64,000 nucleotides of DNA from Klebsormidium nitens (taxonomy: Eukaryota; Plantae; Klebsormidiophyceae): NCBI GenBank assembly GCA_000708835.1, contig DF237119.1, positions 62,001-126,000 on the forward strand. The letters are read 5' to 3'. This document shows, piece after piece, positions 12,733 to 22,689 of the stretch (position 1 is the stretch's first letter; every line of letters begins with the position of its first letter). Both the position numbers and the translations under genes were made by a program. The notes beneath the pieces are model-generated. The model was not told the DNA's origin and did no database searches. It worked only from the letters and a program-made list of their open reading frames with translations.

Positions 12733-15700
12733 ATGCCGCTCTTTCCCAACAAAAAGAAGGGCCCCATCGGGGGCCACGTCACTGAGGAAGAGTATGTGAC
12801 TGATGAGTTGAACGGCGTGGAATCCATGAGTCACGGGCAAAAGCAGATGCCGTCATTCATCGTGGCCCCAAACCTAACTGAAGAAGAATACGTTGGACAG
12901 GAAGCTGACGGTGGGTCGCAGCAAGGGAGAGATCTGTCTGGGAATGTAAGATCCGGTCAAATTGACCAAGTACAAAACGGGGTGGCGCAGAATGGGGTTG
13001 CGGAAAAGAAGGCGGGGAAAGGAAAGGTGTCGTTTTGGAAGCGGACTCTGAGCCGAGGGAAGAAAGAAAAGCGGCCGGCAGATGGAGCAGTAACGGAGGA
13101 AGAGTACTTTGAGTCGGAAAGAAGAGTTTTGAACGAAGCAACTGAGAGCCAATTGGAGAAAGTTTCAACGAGCAAGTCAAAGTGCGCCAAGACGAGCGAG
13201 AGAGAGGATGTTGACACGAGAGAATTGGGGGATGCAGAAACTAAAACATTGGGTAATGCGAGCACTAGCAACTTGGAAGTAGGAAGCATCAGCGGGGAAA
13301 CAAATGCCAACACAGGCGCCGGGCAAGAAGTGGCGCTTTTGCAGAACGGTCTTGAAAGTGGACAGGATGACAGCGTTCGAGGAGAAACTGCCTATGATAC
13401 CCTGGTCCAAGAGGAAAGCACAGCTGTGCAAAATTCTGTGGGAACAAGGGATGGAGACAGAAGCCTGGGTGTGGCATGGAGCGGTCCGACCGTCGACGAC
13501 CATTTAGACCGACACATGCAGGACCTGCGGATGCTGATGCTCCCGAAGCGGCCAGGGTTTGAACCCAAACCTTGGGACGCAACAGGTACGATTCTCCAAC
13601 TTTTTGAGTTCGTTAGGTCCCATTTTGACTTTTGGAGCATTCGGTTGCGCAGCGACGTTGGTGCCAAAAGATGAAAGGTTTCATCCTGACACAAAAGCAC
13701 AGGGCCATTTTATCCTTTTGGAGTCCCTTGTTGTTTCCTCATTCCTATTGAATTTGGGGCCAAGTCTGATTGATTCATCAAACTGTGACAGATCAAGCCT
13801 TTGAGAGAAGCAGAACGTACAGTTAGGTCATCATAAGAGTCAGCAACAATCTAGGTATGATGAGCATCCTGCAGCGGTCCATTGGAGTCAGTTTCTGAGC
13901 AGAGCCTCGTGGGTCCTCAAGAAGGAAAAGAATCTCCATTGCTCGGGGGCCTTTTGCACCCATCACCACATAGAGTCAACTTCAGGCGGACCGCAGAAGC
14001 TCAAGATGGCCGAAATCGCATCGCAGCCGTCCGATCTTCACATAACAAGCCCAGTCTGCAACATTTAGCCTCAAGGGGTTCAATAGCGTGAGGACAGGTT
14101 ACCGGACCGGGTTTGAAGCAAAGTTTGCAAACTGCTTGGAAACGACAAATCTGAAGCGTCCATTTTCTGACGTCAAAAAATAGACGATAGCGACGCGGTT
14201 TCGTCCTGTTCCCCAGCCATTTCAATCTTCTGCGGTCCGCCTGACTTTATTTCATAGTAGAATGGCATTCGCATCAGTACCTCCTGCACGAGCGAGCCTG
14301 TTCCTCTGGCTCAATCCAGTCGGCAGCCTCGCTGTCGTCTTATAAGTCTCCTGTACAAAGTTCAAAACTCCTGATTGCTTTCCTCCTCGACAAGCATGAG
14401 CAACCCATAAAGTCTGCAGTGTCCATTGCTTCACGGAATGCCGCTACATCTCCCCTCAACATCCAGCCCGATTTGGAGTCTTCCTTGAGGCTCTGTCAAA
14501 GGAGTAAAACTATGAGTATCTTCTTGTGGAGGCACAGACGCCTCAAAGCCCCAAGTCCTGAACCCTTCATTCCATACTCACAGCGGCGAGCCCGTTCCTC
14601 GACTTTGGTCCAATCGACAGGGTTGCGATCCGGGTGCGAATACTCCCCGGGGGCACTGATTGCCCCCCTATTGTGTTCAAGAACGACGGAAAGCGCTTCA
14701 AGGATCTGAGCCACACCGACACATGCGTCAAGTTGCGCGAGGGGATGGACTACTTCGTTGGTCTCAAGCTGATGCCTCCGGTGCTCATCAAGTGAGTGCG
14801 TTTACCATTCAGAATTATTGCGAACGCCATTCGCTTGCTTTCTGATGGCTTTCTGGATGCCCTTCAGGGTCTCGCGATTTTGAGAGAGAGCGATGGTAAC
14901 CTTATTGAATTACGGGGTCATCTGTACGGTGCGCTAGTTGGGGTCTATTCCAGCCACTTTGGACCTATTCTTGGACATTCTCTTGGATCGATTGAGACGC
15001 TTGGATCGAGTCCCCCAATCTCCAAGCCGAACGAGCCAACGTGGCCTCTGATCAAAACTGGTGTCAGTACTCAACTTGCTTCGGACAGCTCCCCTATTGA
15101 GCAACCGATTTCAATTCACGGGAAGACCCTGATTTACGACGGCGAGCATCTGTCTTGGCGGTTGCTTAACTGTCAAGTCGTTCCTGTCAAATCGGTTGCT
15201 TGCCTCTTGTAGGTCATCTCCGTTCACATGAACGTTTTGTCGCATCAATGCATATCATCTCATCATCGCACATCGCATCTTCCCTTTTTCAGTTAAGTGC
15301 TGTCGCAATGTCACTCGTCTTTTCAGTCGTCTCTGGTTGGACTTTGTAGACAGCTGCTCTGCTCGCTCCTAAGGGAACTTTAGCTTCAACAAAACAAGAG
15401 CCTCGTGACCTTTCTTTCAAGCGCGTGCTGCTGTTGCTCTCAGGTCGAACTCGGCGGACCTGCAGGTGTTTAGCAGCCTGAAGGGAGAGGACTCGGGCAC
15501 GCTGCACGAAGTTGGCAAGCTGGCGCTGACGCCAACGCGAGAGGGATACTGTGGGCGTTGGAGGTGAGTCTCCGCTTCCTGTCCTGAAATCATCCTCATT
15601 CTCGTTCTCATTTCCAATTTCTCAGTACACTATTCGTTTTGCTCTGGCGCTGACAAGGTCTCGCAAGGGGTATTGCTCGCTGGAAGATGGGTCTAAGCTT

Positions 15701-17475
15701 CTGTCTTTGGTCATTCTCTTTTGCGTTACCTTTTCCGTCTTTCCTTCGCTCTTGTCCTTCTGAGCGTGCACGCCAGACTTTGAGATGGAAGTGGGAATAC
15801 TGTGCGCTTCATTGTGGGTCTCCGGTCCCGTTCTTATATGCCTTCTCTCCCTCACTTTTTTCTTCCCCCTTTCACCTTTCCTCGCTTCCTTTCTTTCCTC
15901 CGGGCACTTTGACCAGATTCCCGCCAGAAGCGGGTTCGTCCTGAAAAAGGTCGACTTTGTCGCTAAGAAAGCGAACGAGATCAACGGTACGATGTCCCCC
16001 CCCTGCTTCTTTGCAGGTGTCAGTTACCGTCCTCGAAGAACGGGGATCGAAGGCGGATGTTTCTGAAGCTCGAAATCGAGGTAGGTTGCGAGAGTGGAAG
16101 TCTCGTAGGCTAAGAAGCGTGGGCGCAAGGAGCTTTCTGGATCAAGAACCCCTTGCTACAAAGTTCTACAATAACGTTCATCCCTGCGATTGAGTGGCGC
16201 CTTTGCTATTTCACTAAAAGCGACCAGGCAGCCTCGCTGTCTGTCTCCCGTCGAGGTCCTTTATTTGGCCACCCATCTTCCCTGAAAAGATCCGAGATGC
16301 GGGTACGAAGCGAAAAGGCAATGCTGGTGGTTACAGATCGGGTCGATGCAAACTGCGCCCGATGTTCAAACGTGGATAGGGAGTCGAGGAACAATTTCGC
16401 CTTCAATTGTTACGCAGAAGTCCGCTCAGACTGGGACTCACACTTTTCCGACCTGATGCGCAATACCGTCAGTCGCTTGGACGTTCGATAAGAGACTCTT
16501 GGCTCTGAAAAAGCTTTGCGCGTCGTTTGCCATTATGCCTTGGGGAGACCTCCTTAGACGATGCAACGAGTGCGTAGAAAGGGTCCTTGCAATCCAACTA
16601 GAAGCTCCTCTTGAGTGTCAGGACAACGGCCTCATGACCGGATTTAGCTTCGCGGTCGTCAGCGATGACGTTTCACTGAAATGACCACGGTATTCCTCGT
16701 CGTGCGCGCAGGGGATAGGCTGGATCGAGTTGCCGCTGCTTGCGAAGGTCTACGCAGGTACGCGCCTTCACTGCCTTTGCTGTTCTACAGTCTCACTGGA
16801 AGTCCTAGAAATAAAAGGAATCAATCCTCTTTTTTGAGCAAAACTCGTCGATTTGTACGTCGCTATGCATTGCCCTTCTATCGGCGGTCTTTCGTGCACG
16901 GATGCGTTTCAAGTCGCTGGGTCCTAGGTTGCAAAAAGGCGCTTTCAGGAAGCCATGATGGCGTTCTTTGACGACGAGGATACAGAGGTCACTCCTTGCG
17001 AGTATCGGCCATCGACCTGCCGTTCACTGGTTTGATCAAGGCTCTCATCCTTGGGCGTTCCCGTTGACCCCTGTTTTATTGGAATATGAGTCCGACTTGG
17101 TATATTTCTACCCGGACTTACATCGACAGAATCACAATCCGGCCGTTCCTTGAGACTGGTCCTATTTATCTCTCTGCTGCGTTTGCGAGGACGCTTCAAA
17201 TCTGTGCACTACCTGCGTCCACGAGTTCAGAGTTCTACATTTGACAGGACCGTCGCTTCGCTTAACCAGCTCTGTCTCCCATCTCCCCTGCAGACGACGA
17301 CCGAGGGAGCAGCACCTCCGGCTCTCCCCTGGGGGCGTTGCTCTACCGGTGCCGGGCAGACCCCGGGAACTCGCTCCTGGGACAGGTGGTCACGGTGGAC
17401 ATTCTTGATTGCCCCTGGGAGATGAACGACCGGTTCAACTGGACGCGCCCGGGGAAAAGCAACCAACCGTACTGA
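12733..17475 (+). CDS. CNRIP1 (CB1 cannabinoid receptor-interacting protein 1, CRIP1a)-domain protein with acidic disordered N-terminus, ~490 aa
   Basis: Exons 12733-13585, 14584-14791, 15444-15563, 16017-16080, 16712-16757 and 17294-17475 total 1473 nt (491 codons), with every junction AG/GT and in phase. The C-terminal domain IRVRILPGGTDCPPIVFKNDGKRFKDLSHTDTCVKLREGMDYFVGLKLMPP...YCGRWRCQLPSSKNGDRRRMFLKLEIEGIGWIELPLLAKVYA...GSPLGALLYRC aligns in order with recalled human CNRIP1 blocks. Confidence 0.8.
13982..14244. mobile_element. MITE-like element (263 bp) in intron 1 of the CNRIP1-like gene
   Basis: Perfect 18-bp terminal inverted repeat TCAGGCGGACCGCAGAAG (13982-13999) / CTTCTGCGGTCCGCCTGA (14227-14244), extending imperfectly inward. 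No coding capacity. At most a 2-bp (CT) target duplication. Confidence 0.5.
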
Positions 17476-18965
17476 TGCATCGGAAGGTCGAATTGCTTGC
17501 GGGTCGATCATTGACATCGCTCGTTGCGTAATTGCTGATATGGCGATTGGTAAGCGGAAGATTTGAGGGGGAGCTCAGGTCATGCAGCATGATTTGCTGC
17601 TGGTGAACGGTACGTAAAATCTACTAGGTTTTAATGGCCGCCGTTCTAGTCCGACTATGATAGCAGCAGAATTGTGACTTCACGTTTTGGTGGATCAAAG
17701 CTTGCTTTCATCTCGAAGCCGAGCAAATGATTATGATTCAAATGCGGTGATCAGACCTTTTCAGCAATAGGAAGCCATGCACACGGTGTCGGAAGTAGCC
17801 GCTGTAATTAAGTACAGCGGTAAGCCGCCAGGCAAGTTTTGGATAGGGGCAGGGAGCCCACTTCGATTACCATAATCTGTTATCTGAGGGTTCTAAGCTT
17901 AGGTGAGTCACTTGGGCAAATCGAGTTTGGTTATGTACTGTACTGGCTATGCGCTGTTGTCATTGCTGGACAGACACCAGTGTGCGTCGTGATTTGTAAT
18001 TATTGGCGAAGGATATTGGGGGTTTGCCTCTTTTTGCGGGGATGATATTGAGTGTCTGCCCAGATTTGGTGCAACACCGGCCTGATTTTCAAATGTGGTA
18101 AAATGAGGGTCATGCAGAAGACTCTCGTGGCCATTATCGGTAGTTGATCATGCGCCAAATTGGCCAAAGCATGCATGCTCGGGACGTATGGGACGGCCAA
18201 GACCATCCATGCTGGCATGCAGCCATGGCTATCCAGGCCCAGTCAGTGCGAGCTCTATTCCTGTCTCAGCGAATTGTCAATTACCATGGCGGCAATGCAG
18301 TACACTAACGAAGAAAACAGGCTCGCCGCCACTGTCGAGCTTATAGAAGCACATCTAGGGCGCACGTGTACGCGGCAGCTCAATCGCAGAGTAAAAAAAA
18401 AGAAATCTTAGAAATTAGGAAAGGAATTGTATTGTGAAAAGGACGCTTGAACTCAAATCACTAACAGTTGAGGCTGACCATGAAGTTACACACAATCCAG
18501 CTTGCAGCACGTACAGACTTCCGGCCAGTCATAAAGCCAAATCGGATCCTCCTTAACTAGACATCGAAACAAAAAGAAGAATGACTCAAGCCTCCTTATC
18601 GGAAGAGAGAGAAGGCAACAGGGCGGCCCATAGTAGCAGTCAGACTTGAGCGCCCCTGCCTCCTCTTCGTGAGTCAGCGAAAACATGCACACCTTGATTA
18701 ACCGGTCTTTCTTTCCAGTTGGGAAGGCATTCTATGAGTGCGTAAGTACGGTCTATCTTACGATCCGAAACGTTCGGGGGAGTGCTCACAAAGCGTTCTG
18801 GCACGACTTGGAAATTCTCAACGAGATCGATTTGTACGTAACGGCAGATCTCACGTTACTGATCTGCGTCCCTAAGCCGCTGTCACAAGCGGTGACCAGC
18901 TCATAGCGAACGAGCTAGGGCCTCGATCATTTAAATGATGATCCTCGTCCTTTGTTTCACTTGAT

Positions 18966-21302
18966 TCAACAAACCTTCTTGCAAGCGAGCGAAGGTCTTT
19001 TAGGTTTAGCCGTCTTCCTATCGCCGCGAACCGCCCCTGCAGGTCGCCTTTTTGAACTGGACGCGCGCTTAGACTTGGACCTCTTGGGGTCGGAACCACC
19101 TTTTGGACTTTCTTCAAAATTCTGACGGGCTGTGACGTCATCATTCTCGTCGTCATCCGGCAGCATTCCTGTGATGGAAGTAGATAAATTTCACTGCGAA
19201 CGTCTCGTGACCAAAAGAATGCCCCACTAGAGGGGCTTTTGGCGTCTCTGCACCATCCCGTTGCCTTGCATCAACAGATTGAAGGACTAGAAACCCTGGT
19301 CGGCCTGGCGAACTCACCTTCTATCACTTTTTCCGCGTTCTCCATGGTCCAGGTCTCCTCCAGCCTGCAGGATTATACGAGGAATCATCAAAGATATGAA
19401 TTCAGAATGTCAGTACACTAGCCGCCCCATGAGTGGCATGGGGGAATGACCAAAACACTAAGTTTGAGATCATGTGTCCGGAGCGTGCGCCAGACACTAG
19501 TGCATCGAGCTGGTATTGGGACAGGTCTTAGCAGACCACGTTGTGAAATCAGGTGAGGAGCAATGCTCATTTTGAAGGTGCAAGACATGATCCGAACGGC
19601 TTAGAAGAGGAAGAACCGAGCAATGAAAGCGTTACCTGACAAAGTGATTGACCATGTACTCGACCTCAGCCTTTTCGCTGGTCAGCGTCAAAACGCACAG
19701 GCTTCCGCAAGTTGGCACAATTTGTCCATCGAAAATTGTTCCTGCAAAGATGGAGCGCTTTGAGTGCAGGGGCAACCTGTTCCCAACTTCTGTATACTAG
19801 TAGCCAACGTTAAAATCCGGGAAATGAGACTCTGATGAGAGTTCTTGCAGCGCTTTCTGAGAGGATAGAATTTTGTTATAAAGAGCTACGCGAAATCTCA
19901 GTGATATCGTCCCAAACCACGCTTCAGGCCCACTCAACGATCAGAGTCTGATCAGATGTGACATACTCCGACAGAACTTGACAAGTAACGCTGAAAAATG
20001 GTCTCACCCTTCAGGTCGAAGACCAGCTTAGCGTCTGCTTCGCTCGAGAATCGACCGATCGCACCTTTGCATCAGAGAAAGCATGGGATTCAAAAAGGCG
20101 GACTCCACAGTGTCTACGTTCACCTTTTGAGAGGACGTACTGGTAGGCTTGCAAAGAAACATACGGTATACGTTTTCCGAATGCCAATTGATGAAGTCCA
20201 GATCCAGATAAATGGAGGAGTCCTAAGTCAATTTCCAGGACTGTTGCACCGAGGCATGTAGTCAACTTGTTTCCTTAGGATCAGATTGTGCTGGCTTGAA
20301 ACTTCGTGACCGGTCATCACACGGTCAAACTTCTGGTAGACAACGATGCTGCTAAAGCATTTGATCATCTAGAAGCACAAATAGAGGAGTGCTGAAAATA
20401 GATACCTGCATCTCCTTCAGCATCGAATGATGGAGGCAACTCCAAGATGGCTCGGTCGCCTTCTTCGTAGGAATGCATTGCCTGGGTTTTGAATGTCACG
20501 GTCATACTCTTCTTGAAACCGGGAGGCTTAGCCTTTCGTATCTTCGAAGTTGAAACCTGAAGGAGATAAGGGAAGTGGATGATACTGTAGTTGGCAACCT
20601 TCTGACATCCACCAACATTCTTTGCAATATTCTTCGAAGTTAATTCCTCGCCATCGCATTAAAAAGGGATAGCCAAGCTTCATTCAGCTGAATCCTTTTC
20701 CTAGAACCTTGAGTTCAGTAGCTTTCGGAAGGCATGCTACGTGTACGTACCTTCTGCCCCACCTCGTCAACCTTCTTCGAAGAGCTGTGCTCCAACGTAC
20801 TGCTTTGTAGTTTCTTCACTTTAGATGCTCTTTTGCCATGCCCTTCGGCTTCTTTATCTGACTCGGCACTGCTGCTGGTAGGGCTATACTCATCCCCGGA
20901 GTCAGATTCAACATCAGAGTATCTGCTCAGTGTCTGGTCACGCCTACGCTTTTCAACTTCGCTTGCCAGCTTCGGCGTTCTGCTTTTCAAGCGATTGTTG
21001 ACAAAAACGCTCTCTCCCAATTGCTGGTCCTTTCCAAGGTCGTTGCAAGCAGCGGCAAGATTGAAGGCTTTGCACGGCGAACTCTTCGAGCGGGTGTTCT
21101 CAAAGGACATCGGGTCCTCTTCCAGCCGTTTTGCTTTCAAGGCCTGCACTGGTGGGATGAGTGGAAGCAGTCCCTTTCTGGAGTCTGCTTTGACCTTCGG
21201 ACAAGGTGTCGAGGATCTCACGGAAGGAGGAAGATGTTTTAAAGATGTTTCCAACTTTGGCTGGCCCTTCCCAGGTACTCCCTCGCTAGGTACGCTCTTC
21301 AT
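18966..21302 (-). CDS. BIN4: DNA-binding protein BIN4/MIDGET homolog (plant topoisomerase VI accessory subunit); 5' structure unresolved
   Basis: Exons 21302(or further upstream)-20751, 20556-20406, 20064-20008, 19741-19636, 19364-19318 and 19168-18966 splice in phase. They give RAILELPPSFDAEGDAGAIGRFSSEADAKLVFDLKGTIFDGQIVPTCGSLCVLTLTSEKAEVEYMVNHFVRLEETWTMENAEKVIEGMLP, matching the recalled BIN4 C-terminal core (DLSGDMGAVGR...LDLKGTIY...IVPSRTFCVV...EAKIEAIMNDFIQL...ETMVEGTL). Confidence 0.82.
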
Positions 21303-22689
21303 AGCATCGACTTCCTTGGATTGTTCCTGCTCATCACGTTTGCGTGCGTTTCTCCATGAGCTCCTGGTGTCGCCAGGATCCTCCTCGTCTGTCTCTGAGC
21401 TTTCGTAGTAGTTGATTTCCTTCCGTTTTCTTCAGATTGGATTTATCATCTTCTCAGGTTTGAGTTTGCTCTCGGATCTTGCTGGACCTCGTCTTCGTGA
21501 ATCTTCCACTCCAAGCTTGCGGAATCGACTTGCATTTGTATCAGCGAGAAGCAGATTAGGGCTGTGCGTTTCAGACAGAGGAACACCGGATGCATTTTCT
21601 GCTGGCCCTGGTTTCGTCCTTCGCCGGCTGTACTGTTGAACCTGTGGTGTTTGTCCATTTAAAGGAGGCGACTCTTGCATATTCCAGCTTCGATCAGCTT
21701 CCAAGGCCATCTTCGTGTACCCCGCTGAAGTTGAGTCGTTAAAGTTTGTTATGTCCTTGCGCTGCAAACATGATGTTGGATCATGAAAACCAGCTGACCT
21801 GTTCTTCCAACACAAATGGTAGCTATAGTGTGCCAGTAATTTGGAAAGCTGGAGCCTCTGCGTTCCCTTAGTTCTATGTACTCGATCACGCCAACCACAC
21901 CAGGACCGAAAACCTGACAATCGTCGAAGAGTATTCCGGGAGTATTCCAGCAGACTCTGCAACTTAAGTGGCACTTTGGGCCTTTCAAAACCGTCTTTGT
22001 GAACGATCTGTAAACGATCTCATGTGCCGATGAGCTTGATGAGCTGCCTATACATTATCAGTGCTTCAACCTTTGCACTGCCGCCTCGCAGGGCCTGACT
22101 CTCAAGAGACTGTGCTGCTTCAAGAATCGACGTTCAGTTGCCAGATTAGCCAGATCGGTCACAAGATCCTGGGGCATTGAAACGGAAGTGACTCGCAAAA
22201 ACTCATCGCACTAGTTCGCGGTATCCGCACATCGACGGTTGGCAGCTGCTTTTAGCTGCCACGTCAGACATCTGATGTGGATAAGGAAGATCCTCAAGTC
22301 TGACACCCATGACATGGCAGACCCTTTGTAACTCATTAGACAGGACAGCCTGCATGGTGTGAAGACGGTTGATTCCTTCAGCCTTCAGGCGTGGCTTGGC
22401 CATTCCGCACTTTTGTCACTGAACATCTTCCTTCCAAAGAATTTTGAGAAGCCTTGAGCAGCATGCATCCTTTGCTCCTGACTATCAAAGAACTCTGATC
22501 TTGAATGCAGGTGTCGTAAGTCTGGTGGTGGTGTGGTGCCACCAATCGTTTTGGACGTTTTTATAGAAATTTGGCACTGCTAAGGAAAAACAGAAGAGCG
22601 GGGAGTCGATGATGTGTGACAGCCGGGTGCCTGCATCTCCGGAATTGTGAAGGCTTGTTCAACTTACAAAGCAGGAGAGCTGAGCAGCG

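Noticed and set aside
14496-14714. Minus-strand ORF (72 aa), and similarly 15417..15617 and 17227..17517
   Set aside because: These are antisense shadows of CNRIP1-like exons; the plus-strand reading splices in phase and matches a known domain.
16140-16193. EPLATKFYNNVHPCD resembling the CNRIP1 KFYN motif
   Set aside because: It is in the wrong frame with no usable acceptor; exon 16712-16757 (LLAKVYA) fills that position with perfect phases.
20734-21408. 224-aa plus-strand ORF; also 27643..28395, 2251..2877 and 3196..3834
   Set aside because: Ser/Leu-rich antisense shadows of charged low-complexity exons.
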